From positions 92,504,001-92,568,000 of the forward strand of contig NC_043004.1 of NCBI RefSeq assembly GCF_006345805.1: DNA of 64,000 nt. Reading direction: 5' to 3'. Position numbers and translations under genes: made by a program. Numbering within the stretch: position 1 is the stretch's first letter; every line of letters starts with the position of its first letter. The notes beneath the pieces were generated by a model. It ran no database searches. It worked only from the letters and a program-made list of their open reading frames with translations, and had not been told where the DNA came from. Shown piece by piece: positions 1-11,107 of the stretch. Source of the DNA: Octopus sinensis. Taxonomy: Eukaryota.

Positions 1-769
1 ATACAACAGAAATCCTATCTGCTTCCGATTTGAATCTAGAATTTACGACGCCACAAATTTACTTATGGTATCTTCATTGACCAACAAACTGCTATTACTT
101 ATCTTCGGTTTCTATGATACTAAGAGAATAAGAGACAAAGGTATTTTGCGACACTCGCTTCACTCCTTTCCATTGGATACATAGAGCAGTAATCTGTTCC
201 AGTTTTAAAGTTCTACGCAACACTTTATCCTACAATTTCTCTGCATATCAGCAACCATCCAGAATTCCTATATGCTCGCGTTTTTTTTTGTTTTTGTTTT
301 TTGAAAAAGTAACAACTAGAAATTTCAACTAAATTCAACCTTATCCGTCTCACCAGATGCAGCCTATCATGTTGCCACTCGACTTCCGACTAAATCATTT
401 TAAAAAGTATATCTTTTGAAATGTGGCATTTGTCTAAAAGAAATTAATGCAGTACTTCGATACAACGAATCACTAGCCTTTAAGACAATGACAGATTCAT
501 TACGTAATCACTCGACCTACCAAAATTACAGCTAAATATCACACTTAAAATGGCAGAAAATATTGTATAATATGGTTCTTGATACACAGTCGAAAATGGC
601 TACGGCTTACTAAAATAAGAGATGTTGCAATGAACACGTCTTTACCGTCACGGCCGACAACAATAGTGACATCACCAACAAGGAGAGTATACACGGTCGC
701 TAGAAATAGTAACCAAAGTATTCTCACAATGTACCCTACTGCCTTGAAATGAAAAAGGGCTCATTAGAT

Positions 770-1019
770 CAATGGTTCTCAACAGGGGTCCTTATGACAT
801 TTGGGGATCCATATAAGATTTGGTTGTTAAAATTTATGTGCAATAAATTGGTTATACTTCAACAATACACAAAACATTTTAACAATTGCTTTTTGATACA
901 ATTCCTAATGTTTAATTATAAATAAGACTTTTTTAAACATTGAATGGTTGTGAGGACACATCAGAGAAATATTGGAATGAAAGGAGTCCATAGTAAAAAA
1001 AAATGGTTGAAAACCACTG
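770..1019. mobile_element. hAT-type MITE (Charlie/Buster-like), 250 bp
   Basis: TIRs CAATGGTTCTCAAC...GTTGAAAACCACTG; perfect 8-bp TSD CATTAGAT at 762-769 and 1020-1027 with central TA. Confidence 0.9.
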
Positions 1020-1885
1020 CATTAGATAATATACGCATAGACACACAATGTCTGGGAAAGAAAACAAGATGCTTGAGGCTAGAATATATTTAATTGTAAG
1101 TTCGTTCGATCAAGGTTGGCCTAGGATTAATCAATATGAAGCTTTGTACACTTAATTGATCTATTACAAATAACAGCTAAATCATGTCCAACTGTCTCAA
1201 AAAGGAAAACACATTTGACAATGTAGCCCTATAACCCCATATGCTTTGTGCCTGAATCAAAGACAAGACGGCCATGTCGAGAACGCCTATGATCATACTT
1301 TTCCTTAATCGGGTTGATGGAAGCTAAAGAACGACAACAAGAGAAGGAGAGTATGATTCACTGGTCCATCTACAGGAAATAACAACCAAATCTCGTTCAA
1401 ATTACGCACCAACATTTTAAAGAGGGAAGAGCATATATTCGATCTTGTAGTCTGATGTACACCCAAAAAGACGGGATGGTCACGTTAAAGGTTTTTGATC
1501 ATGAATAATATTTGATCAGAGATGGCCTAGAGCTAAACAAAAACACTAATGTTCCCTTATAGGTCAGCACTAACCTAGGGCTCAACAACTAAATCTGTAC
1601 AACTACCGCGGTGCCTGCTTAAAGCTAGATGGATTCAAACGAAGTAACATTTGGATTTCTCTTTCTTAATATACTCTACTAGGCCCTACGATGGAATTGA
1701 ACTCTGCTCTCTAAATTAACGTTTGCTTTTCCAACGTACCTTTATATAATCGCTCTTTCCGTTAGAATTAACGGGCAGGTTTCTCTCAGTCAGCCCCAGA
1801 AGTCTAGTTGACAGGATGCGAGAGAGTGGCTTCGTGGCCTCTAGACCTGCTAACAATAAAAGCCAAGTTATCGACTCTCCCTCCC

Positions 1886-1895
1886 ACTCTCTCTC

Positions 1896-1926
<31 letters not shown>

Positions 1927-2427
1927 GTTTCTCTGTCTCTATCTTCCTCTTGCTTTCTCTCTCTTTCTCTTTCACTTTCTCTGTTTCTACCTCTTTCTCT
2001 TTCTTTATCTCTCTCTTTCTCTCCCTCTCCCTTTCTCTTTCTCTCTCTTTCTCTCGCCCTCTCCCTTTCTCTTTCTCTCTCTTTCTTTCTCTTTATGTTT
2101 CTCTCTGGTTCTCTCTCTCTCGCTTTCTCTCTCTTTCTCTTTCACTTTCTCTTTGTCTCCCTCTTTCTCTTTCTTTCTCTTTCTTTCTCTTTCTCTCTTT
2201 CTCTCTCCCCCTCCCTCTCTCTCCCTCTCTCTCCCTCCCACTCTCTCTCTCACGCACATCTCTCTCTCTCTCTCTCTCTCTCTCTCACGCACATGCACTA
2301 TCTGTCTGTCTTTATCTCCTGCTTCTCTCCCCTTATCTCCTTTCTTTCTCTCTCTCTCTCTCTCTCTCTGTCTCTGTCTCTCTCTCTCTCTCTGTCTCTC
2401 TGTCTCTCTCTCCTTCTCTCTCTCTCG
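1886..2427. repeat. Long polypyrimidine (CT/CTTT) low-complexity tract with higher-order repeats
   Basis: Almost purine-free on + strand; the block CTCTTTCTCTTTCACTTTCTCT recurs at about 1960 and 2130; source of the S/L/F-rich and ERER ORFs. Confidence 0.95.
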
Positions 2428-3153
2428 GATGACAACGTCTAGATGCCTTAAAGAAGTAACTATATCGGATACGGTAGTCCAAGATGCATTCATTCATGTC
2501 CGAATATAAACAGTTGGTCAAGGAACGATCAGATTCGAACAGAAGTTCAACAGCAACTATAACAACCGCCTGAAAACTGATCGGTTGAAATCCACGACTT
2601 TATTGACATGGACACCTGCAACGCGCTTACCCACATGCTAGCGGACACTCACACATACCTGTCAAACAAAATCAGTCCGTTATTCCTATCTAATTTCTAG
2701 TCCATATCCAATTTGTTAAACGGCTTTTACTTCCATTTCAGGACAAACTCTTGTCATAGTTTCTCTCTATTTTCTCTCGTTTCATTGCTTTATTTTTTAT
2801 CATTTCATGCATGTATATGTGTATGGGTGTATGTGCACGCATGTGAATGGTTGTGTATGCGTGTATGTCTGTGTGTTTGTGTGTGTGTGTGCGTGTATGT
2901 GTGTGTGAGTGAGAGAGAGAGAGAGAGAGAGAGGGGAAATAATTCTTTCTTGGAATAATGAATGTCGAAGCTCGCATATATCTATAAATAATAGCATGAA
3001 AAAATGTTTTTCCCGTGACAGCCTTCTTTTTTTCTATCCAAAACGTTTTCTCAACCCAAAATTGATATGCTAATGTTTATAATTTTCTCTGTACTTCGAA
3101 ATCCATCGTCCAAAAATCAAATATAATACATACATACATGAGTGTGTGGTTGC

Positions 3154-3216
<63 letters not shown>

Positions 3217-3539
3217 TGATATAGTCCATTAGCGATATTATGCTGCAATTAGAATATTCATGCTCAGATTGTGTAAATAATCATCAGAGGATAAATTCAA
3301 CCAGTTCATAAAAATCTCCATAAAATGTGTGATATTCAGATATTAGTTAAAAGGAGTACGCCTCATTAAAGAGAAAAGGCGTTACAAGTTAGTTATTTCC
3401 CTTTGATACTAAGAAGTAGGTAAGGTAAAAAGACCTGCAAAATACAGACGAAGGGTTTAAAGATATATGACTTTGAAGGCGAAAGAGGGGAAGAATAATA
3501 TAGATCTCAAAGAGTGTGTTGACAGTTACCTCCCTTGAA

Positions 3540-4290
3540 ACCAGTTGTCTCATGCATTGGTTACTCGATGGCGCACGTTGTGGTGTTGCTTTGTGGGAGA
3601 ATTAGATCTATAGCTTTTGAACGGCGCAGCCAAAGTGATTAGACGTATTTTCTTCTTGCTGCGATTCCGACTGATGTAACAGTCAAACATAACCATCTCT
3701 TGTATATAAATGCAAACGTACAGAAACTGCTTTTATCTCTTTCTATACAAATACTGTAATTTGCAAGCAGCATTAAGATTAAAACGGCTTACGGCCGTAT
3801 TCGCAAATTCTTATCCTCTTTTCCTCTTTTTATTCTTGTATTTGGAGAATATCTGCCTTCTACGTTTCAGCTTTCTTTGTTAGGAGCAAAGGTTCCTAAA
3901 AGTGTAATATTATAAAGCATCCTGAGATAAAGGATTGTGTATTAGGGTGTTAAAACCGATGGAGGGAAATATAAACAATGTGATTTTTCTTGGTGAATAT
4001 ATATTGATTCATTCTGCTATATGAAATCCCAATAAAGAATTGAAAATATCAGGTAGTGTATTGCTATATGTTATTGTGAGAACCTCCTTGGAAATCTTTT
4101 TGAACATATGCTGTCCTTCAAGCATGGTGTGTTTATGTTGAATCCACGCCCACATGGACCATGTACCATGTTTGCTTTAACTATTTCGTATAGTTCTTTG
4201 TCTAAAGCTGGATCAGGAAGCTCTGCAGAGATTATGTTGTCGATATCATTGGAATTGATCTTCGCTGAGAGCCAAAGGAGGATATGAGAC
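3540..4290 (-). mobile_element. Helitron RepHel relic (Rep domain plus degenerate PIF1-like helicase motif)
   Basis: ORF 4071-4379 encodes HILLWL..INSNDIDNIISAELPDPALDKELYEIVKANMVHGPCG..NINTPCLKDSICSKRFP, a typical Helitron Rep segment; downstream on the same strand (about 3550-3700) CLTVTSVGIAA..TTCAI resembles the helicase LAVASSGIAA..TCNI motif, with stops. Confidence 0.85.
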
Positions 4291-4599
4291 TCTTCTAATC
4301 TGCGCATAACAGCAGGTTTATGTCTCGTTTCTATATAGTTTGCATCTTTAGAAGATCTTCCATCTTGAGACAAAATCAACGACTTATTCTTTCAAAGACA
4401 GGATTAAGTGGATGATTTTGTTATACTTTTCTGTATATCTAAAGGCAGAAGCATTGTTGAAGTATGTTTGGTTAAATTTACTGTTCCGCTATACATAAAT
4501 GATAGTGTTTCCGAGTTCTATTTCATATATAATTGTTTCAGCTTTACTTGGCTGGTGACGCAGGCAAAAGTTTGTACAGTTAATTTAAGATAATTAAGA

Positions 4600-5470
4600 T
4601 TTCCATGTGGGTATTAGAGTTGAAACTTTGTTTAAAGTAATTTCTATTGAATATTATTATCTATATCCTTATGATTATGAAAGCTTATTTATTAAAGCTA
4701 GGATGATTGTAGTAATATTAGATTTAAAGTTTAATGAAAAAACTATTTGTGGATTCGATAATGTTACAAAAATGCTTGTCACCATTGAATAGAGAATATT
4801 TGGGGCATATGCGATCTTATCTTTTGATCTATTTACTTATTGATGTAGGGATAAGAAATATCGAATATTTCTTTATTCGATGAAGAGTAAGAGAGTTTTC
4901 TTTTGATATCATTATTCAGGAGGGGTTATTTTTTCTTAAACTAGTGAGTGGATGGCAGGAGACTATATTTCTATACGGAAGATTTTAATTAGTTTAGTGT
5001 TTTACTGCGGTAACTAATAAGAATTTTTCGATATTAAGGTTAGCATTAATAGCTATTACACTGAAATTACATGAGCCAATATTTGCTGTAATAAATTTCT
5101 TAATAATTATATCTAGAATTTATAAACCAATATGATCGCTCATCATCGTACTGACAAACGAACACATACTGATATCGAATGAAGTTGATGCTTTGAATAT
5201 CTTAACCCAGGCAGAATCATTATTGAAGTGCTGAGATTTCCTAGCGTGCATAATATTTATAGCATTGTTATATGTTATTATTATATATCATGGCAAATTC
5301 TATGAAATTAAAAGTAGAGGTTTCGGGATGAAGGTATAATATTCGACGATATTAAATTAGGTCATATTCATTTTTATTATTAATCTTATTAAACCAGCTA
5401 ATGTCTATTCTATTTTTATTCCATTGTTGGAAGTCGGTTGACCTCCTCCTATTTCTGTGCGTATTACTTA
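4600..5470 (-). mobile_element. Penelope-like element reverse transcriptase relic
   Basis: Manual minus-strand translation with stops/frameshifts: ISWFNKINNKN, IVEYYTFIPKPLL, IMHARKSQHFNNDSAWVK, FDISMCSF, SSNKEIFD; resembles the PLE RT motif series WFN/DIVEFYPSI/HARKSLLF..WVK/FDVTMGS/SSNEEIF. Confidence 0.75.
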
Positions 5471-5630
5471 AGACTTTCTTACTAATTACCACGATCTCAT
5501 ATTTTTGCGACGTTTAGCTATACATTCTGATTATCGAACTGAAATTCATATGCTCCATTTGCTTCAATATGCATTTTATTTTCAGTTTGTACAATAGCCT
5601 TTTTATAGTTTGGGGTTTTATTGGTTTCAG

Positions 5631-5836
5631 AGTTTAGCACAAGGCCAGCAGTTTTGTAGCGGCGGTAAGTCGATTATATCGATCCCAGTCATCGACTGGT
5701 ACTTAATTTATCGACTCCGAAAGGACGAAAAACAAAGTCGATCTCAGCGGAATTTGAACTCAGAAAGTGAGGACGAGCGAAATGCCGCTAAGCGTTTTGC
5801 CCGGCATGCTAATAATTCTGCGAATTCGCCGCCTTA
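5631..5836 (-). mobile_element. SINE group A copy (tRNA-like head)
   Basis: Matches the ~230-bp repeat best preserved at 21797-22030 and 63596-63825 (GGCGGCGAGCTGGCAGAA..TGAGTTCAAATTCCGCCGAGGTCGAC..TAAGTACCAG). Confidence 0.85.
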
Positions 5837-6000
5837 GTTTGGGTTGCTATTCTTTGGAGTTGTAACTGCTATTTTCTAGGTGGTAAAAGTTGTTAGATTT
5901 AAATGAAAATGTGGGTTTGTTTGTTTCTTTTTGTCTTTTCTATTTATTCATCAATTATGTTTGTTTTGGACGGCATTAGTATTCTTACATAAATTTATAT

Positions 6001-6692
6001 TGAATATCATATCTAAACGATCGGATTCAGATAATTCTAGAATTTTATTTCTTAGGGGTGAGGTAGGTGCATGTCTTTATTTATACCGGATTAGAAATGC
6101 GGATTAGAACAACTATGACAAGGCTTTTTATTGGACGCTCTAACGACACTGCTAATTCGCACAAATCATATCATGTGATTTAGCTAGATGCTATCAAATC
6201 GTTAGTTTAATAGGCTATCAAATCGTTAGTAATAGGCTATCAAATCGTTAGTTTAATAGGCTATCAAATCGTTAGTATAATAGACTATAAGTGTACGCAC
6301 GAACAAAATTAGAATATTTAAAACACGGAGTGAAAAACGTCCCGACCAAACCTACCTTCGTGGAATCTAATGTAAATGAAGCTTTTATACGTGCTGCAGT
6401 GACATCACAGGGATATATAGCAAGCCATATCGAAATATAGACTCATATCAGCTACCGATATTTTTACAAATATAGTTGATAAAATCAGTTGGAGGATCAT
6501 TAACCTGTCATTGGGCAAGAATTCTCCGATAAATCAACCCTGATATTATAAAAACTTTAAGCGATTGGATTCAAAGATTTGCTTACATATAGCTCTAAGA
6601 CTCTTATCATTCGAATAATTCTTTCTACTATTGGTACAAGGCCTGAAATTTGGGGAGGGGAATAGTCGATTACATCGACCCTAGCACTTGAC
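6001..6692 (+). repeat. Local direct duplication, copy 1 (copy 2 at 7827-8400)
   Basis: Near-identical unique sequence starting TGAATAT(C/T)ATATCTAAACGATCGGATTCAG and ending CATCGACCCTAGCACTTGAC in both copies. Confidence 0.95.
6190..6283 (+). repeat. 24-bp minisatellite GCTATCAAATCGTTAGTTTAATAG x4
   Basis: Units start at 6190, 6214, 6236 and 6260; only two units (8016, 8040) in the duplicate. Confidence 0.95.
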
Positions 6693-6832
6693 TGCTACTT
6701 ATTTCATCAACTCCAAAGAGATGAAAACCAAAGTCTACCTTGGTGGAATTTGAACTCAGAACGTAGCGGCAAACGAAATACCGCTAAACATTTCGCCCGG
6801 TATGCTAACGATTCTGCCAGCTCGCCACCTTC
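6618..6832 (-). mobile_element. SINE group A copy
   Basis: Similarity to other group A copies; its tail half is duplicated at about 8330-8400. Confidence 0.85.
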
Positions 6833-7365
6833 TTGGCATTCAATAATGGTAATGAATGTATGTATATACGTATATATACACACATAGACACGCACATACA
6901 TGTTTGTGTATGTATTCATGAATGCATACAAGTATATTTAATTACACACACTCATATATACATATTAAATGATAAATTACTTTTGAGATAATACATCATA
7001 AGAAGTTAATATATCCAGTAATCTTGGACAATCATTAAACGATGAAAACTATATTGATTACACAAATATCCGCAACAGATAGCAATTGTTCTGTTTGTTT
7101 TGATTTTGTTTTGTTTGCATTTCCAATTCTGTACAATTTTTGGCATTGCATTATCAATCAACTTAGTACCAGAAACTAAGTATGCCATTGGAAAAACATA
7201 TCAATTCCTATATATTACTGATATTTCTATAAGCTGCTCTGTTTATTCAAGATGCTTGGATATGCATCTTCGTGTCACAATAGATTCCCAGTAAATGACT
7301 ATATCATTAAGTATTTCATTATCATGTATGCAATGCTCGTTCTTAAGTTGTTCCTGTTAATAAAG

Positions 7366-7432
7366 TTCGTTGTTTTAAAGAAAATGCTAAAATGAAACAA
7401 AATCTTTCAGTATCTTAATTTATTACACACAC

Positions 7433-7486
<54 letters not shown>

Positions 7487-7685
7487 TGAGAGAGAGGAGA
7501 GAGAGAGTGAGAGAGAGAGAGAGATAACGTATATAGTTATATATACACACACACACACATATATATATATATGTATGTATATATATATTATATATATATA
7601 TATATATATGTATGTATATATATATATATATGTATGTATATATATATATATTATATATATATGTATATATATATAATATATATTA

Positions 7686-7741
<56 letters not shown>

Positions 7742-7825
7742 TATATATATATCCGTGTGTGTGTGTAATAAATTAAGATACTGAAAGATTTTGTTTCATT
7801 TCAGCATTTTCTTTAAAACAACGAA
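7366..7825. repeat. 73-bp near-perfect inverted repeat enclosing (TA)n/(GA)n microsatellites
   Basis: 7366-7438 is the reverse complement of 7751-7825 with one substitution and one CA-unit indel. Confidence 0.95.
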
Positions 7826-7826
7826 T

Positions 7827-8400
7827 TGAATATTATATCTAAACGATCGGATTCAGATAATTCTAGAATTTTATTTCTTAGGGGTGGGGTAAGTGCATGT
7901 CTTTATTTATACCGGATTAGAAATGCGGATTAGAACAACTATGACAAGGCTTTTTATTGGACGCTCTAACGACACTGCCAATTCGCACTAATCATACCAT
8001 GTGATTTAGCTAAATGCTATCAAATCGTTAGTTTAATAGGCTATCAAATCGTTAGTTTAATAGGCTATAAGTGTACGCACGAACAAAATTAGAATATTTA
8101 AAACACGGAGTGAAAAATGTCTCGACCAAACCTACCTTCGTGGAAACCAATGTAAATGATCGACCTATATTTTTACAAATATGGTTGATAAAATCAGTTG
8201 GAGGATCATTAACCTATTATTAGGTAAGAATTCTCCGATAAATCAACCCTGATATAATAAAAACTTTAAGCGATTGGATTCAAAGATTTGCTTACATATA
8301 GCGCTAAGACTCTTAGCATTCGATAATTCTTTCTACTATTGGCACAAGGCCTGAAATTTGGGGAGGGGAATAGTCGATTACATCGACCCTAGCACTTGAC
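7827..8400 (+). repeat. Local direct duplication, copy 2
   Basis: Copy of 6001-6692 lacking two 24-bp units and a ~70-bp segment (AGCTTTTATACG...CATATCAGCT). Confidence 0.95.
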
Positions 8401-8476
8401 TATATATAATTAACCAAAAAAATGGTACATGCAAAGTATTAATAACACGCTCAGGGAAGGAATGAAAGAAGAAAGA

Positions 8477-8513
8477 TGTTTTACGTTTCGAGTAAAGCTC
8501 TTCTTCAGAAACA
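8477..8513 (-). ncRNA. Minimal type I hammerhead ribozyme motif (inverted copy)
   Basis: Exact reverse complement of 8636-8672. Confidence 0.75.
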
Positions 8514-8635
8514 GGAGAAAGTGAAAGGTCCAAAAAGAAAAGGAAGACGGAGGAAAAAACCGCCAACAATCCACTTGTAGTTACATTTTGGAATATATAT
8601 ATATTCCTTTTCTTTTTGGACCTTTCACTTTCTCC

Positions 8636-8672
8636 TGTTTCTGAAGAAGAGCTTTACTCGAAACGTAAAACA
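8636..8672 (+). ncRNA. Minimal type I hammerhead ribozyme motif
   Basis: TGTTT-CTGAAGA-A-GAG-CTTTA-CTC-GAAAC-GTA-AAACA: CUGANGA core, 3-bp stem II, GAAA, palindromic ACGU stem III, GUA cleavage triplet, 5-bp stem I. Confidence 0.75.
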
Positions 8673-8770
8673 TCTTTCTTCTTTCATTCCTTCCCTGAGC
8701 GTATTATTAATACTTTGCATGTACCATTTTTTGGGTTAATTATATATATATATGTGTGTGTGTGTATAAA

Positions 8771-8940
8771 TTAGAAAAAAGCCACCTTTTATCAATTCAA
8801 TAATGAAAAATTAAATTATACTATTTAGAAAAATTACATCTTATAGAAAGATAAAACATATAACAATGATTAAGTAAAGTTCAAATTAATAAATTAATTT
8901 TTTCATTATTGAATTGATAAAAGGTGTTTTTTTTCTATTT
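8771..8940. repeat. ~45-bp inverted repeat
   Basis: TAGAAAAAAGCCACCTTTTATCAATTCAATAATGAAAAATTAA (from about 8772) pairs with TTAATTTTTCATTATTGAATTGATAAAAGGTGTTTTTTTTCTA (about 8895-8938). Confidence 0.9.
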
Positions 8941-9078
8941 CTTACATATATATATTATGATATTTTGTGAAATTTGATTTAGTATTTCTAAATAAAATTT
9001 TTCTTTGTAAGTTTGGAATAATATTCCCTCATATTATGATATATATATATATAAACATATATATATATATATATATAG

Positions 9079-9133
<55 letters not shown>

Positions 9134-9176
9134 ATATATATATATATATACTATATTTGATTCGTATTTCTCACAG

Positions 9177-9207
9177 TTGACTTTTTTCTTTCTCTCTTCA
9201 GGTAAGA
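9177..9207 (+). other. Recursive-splice-site-like motif (3'SS directly abutting a 5'SS)
   Basis: TTGAC branch-like motif, uninterrupted pyrimidine tract 9181-9199, CAG|GTAAGA at 9199-9207. Confidence 0.35.
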
Positions 9208-9442
9208 AATTCACCCCATTTTGCATTGTTTACTTAACTCCTGTTACTATTAGTGTGTGGTTGATAAGGAGCGGTAAGTATATTAACATTAAAACATAAA
9301 GCGGTATTTGCCTGTAAATATTGTCTCGACTGCAGCATCGGGGTGGTACTTGGGTAGATGTTATTATACAGTTACACATTATCCGCGCACACAAATATAG
9401 TATCAATCCAGATGCTTCTACAAAGCCTGAAAATATTTATTT

Positions 9443-9663
9443 TCCTCCCCTCTCCACGCCACCAGTGTTATCCAAGGGAAAGACAAAGGTCGATACAGTT
9501 TGGCACCAGTGACGTCGCAACTCATTTTTACAGCTGAGTGAACTGGAGCAACGTGAAATAAAGTGCCTTGCTCAAGAACGCAACACGCAGCCCGGTCCGG
9601 GATTCGAGCTCACAACCTCACGATCGTAAGCTCGACGTTCAAACCACTGAGCCATGCGCCTTC
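9443..9663 (-). mobile_element. SINE group C (tRNA head, CORE-like TTGAGCAAG domain, tail type 2)
   Basis: Minus strand has A-box TGGCTCAGTGG and B-box-like GCTCGAATCC, then TTCTTGAGCAAGGCACTTTATTTCACGTTGCTCCAG; same family as 49779-50125. Confidence 0.85.
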
Positions 9664-9703
9664 ACCATGCGCCTATATATATATATAGGTTTCTATGTAT
9701 ATA

Positions 9704-10865
9704 TTGGGTCATCACGTAAATAATGTGGTTTTTTAATACTTCTTTTATTTTTCAGGATTAAGATAAACAAAGTTCTTTTTAACCTAAAGTATAGTCTACA
9801 CTACTCTTCTATCTATCTGGGAGACTTGCAGGGCTCCTTTTCCAATATTCACTTGTCGGTCACGAAAAATACTTTTTCCAGTACTGTTCTGACCTCGTCT
9901 ACAGAATTCATATTTTTTTCCTTCCAAATGATTTTGAAGACTGCGTAATAAATGATAATCAAAAAGGACAATGTCCGGTGAATATGATGGGTGGGGCATC
10001 GTTTACCATTCAAACTGCTCCAGCCTTTGGAATGTCAACCTCACTGTATGTGGCTGAGCAATATCCTTATGGAAGAACAACTTTCGCCTTCAAACCAAAG
10101 ATGTTCTTTTTTCTTCTAGCGCTAACTTAAGCCGCTGAAGCTGCTCGCAGTAGATCTCCTTTGTCATCGTTCAGTTTGGGTTTCAAAGTTCAAAATGGGA
10201 TAAACCTTGACATTTTTATAGAGTACTCATTTCTCGTCACCAGTCACTATTCGGTTTAAGAAAGTTTCATTCGTGAGACGTGACAACAAAAAAGAGCGTA
10301 CATTCACTCTCTGCGCACGATTAGACTCGTAGAGTTTGTGAGGAACCCATTGATCCAATTTTCTGACTTTTCTGATTGCACTCATGTTGATGAATGTCCA
10401 AATCCAAGCTTCTGTGCTAATTGTTCAACAGTTACGATTGGATTTTGTTGCACCAGGGTTTACAAGACGTCGTCGTCGAGCCCTACATATCTTCCAGGAC
10501 GAACCTTGTCTTCTAGGGTGTTGTTTTGGTTCGGAATTTCTGGAAGCACCGTTGACATTGGCATACGCTTATTGTCCGATCCCCGAATACTGCATTGATA
10601 TTCCTTGCAATTTTCGTTGTGTTGTTGCCTTTATTGAACTCATAAAACGAAATGCGCCGAATATGCTCCTGTGTCATTTCCATTACAGCTTTGGAAAAAT
10701 AACTGTAATAATAGAAAAGTACTCTTCAAAACTTGCACTAAGAATAACACAAGATAAAATTACTACCTGCTTCTATAGCAAGTTGATGCTGGTAGTTCAT
10801 CCCATCCCCCTGTGACTTTTAGTTCATGCAGTTGAAAAAACCGCATTATTTATGGGATAACCTAA
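9704..10865 (-). mobile_element. Mariner (Tc1/mariner) element, degenerate, 1162 bp
   Basis: Imperfect TIRs TTGGGTCATCACGTAAATAATGTGG / CCGCATTATTTATGGGATAACCTAA with TA TSD (9702-03, 10866-67); transposase motifs WVPHKL, FLNRIVTGDEK and HPSYSPDIVLFDYHL on the minus strand with stops and deletion. Confidence 0.93.
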
Positions 10866-10895
10866 TATATATGTCTGCATGTATATATATATATA

Positions 10896-10931
<36 letters not shown>

Positions 10932-11074
10932 GCACACACACACACACACACGTATATATATATATATATATAGATGTATAAACGGGTATGCATGATATAC
11001 ATGCATAGAAACAAATACATATGTATAAATATAGGAGCTTCTATATTCACAGTAATAATATATATATATATATA

Positions 11075-11107
<33 letters not shown>

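Larger units (their letters stand above)
8401..8750. mobile_element. Head-to-head inverted pair of a short hammerhead-bearing Penelope pLTR-like repeat
   Basis: 8401-8545 is the reverse complement of 8604-8750 (about 145 bp, near-identical); the minus copy extends about 45 bp further at its 5' end; embedded in (TA)n. Confidence 0.8.

Noticed and set aside
545-727. 60-aa ORF with signal-peptide-like start MRILWLLFLATVYTLLVG
   Set aside because: Lies in decayed interspersed-repeat-like sequence; no promoter or splice support; hydrophobic ORFs are expected by chance in AT-rich DNA
1808-2521. Long ORFs (233, 208, 160, 162 aa) rich in S/L/F or ERER
   Set aside because: Translations of the CT/GA tract, which cannot contain stop codons
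4071-4379. Helitron Rep ORF as a functional gene
   Set aside because: Only about 75 homologous codons; the rest of RepHel is deleted or broken and no termini were found
6190-6283. Regularly spaced 24-bp repeats resembling a CRISPR array
   Set aside because: Head-to-tail tandem units with no spacers, no cas genes, eukaryotic context
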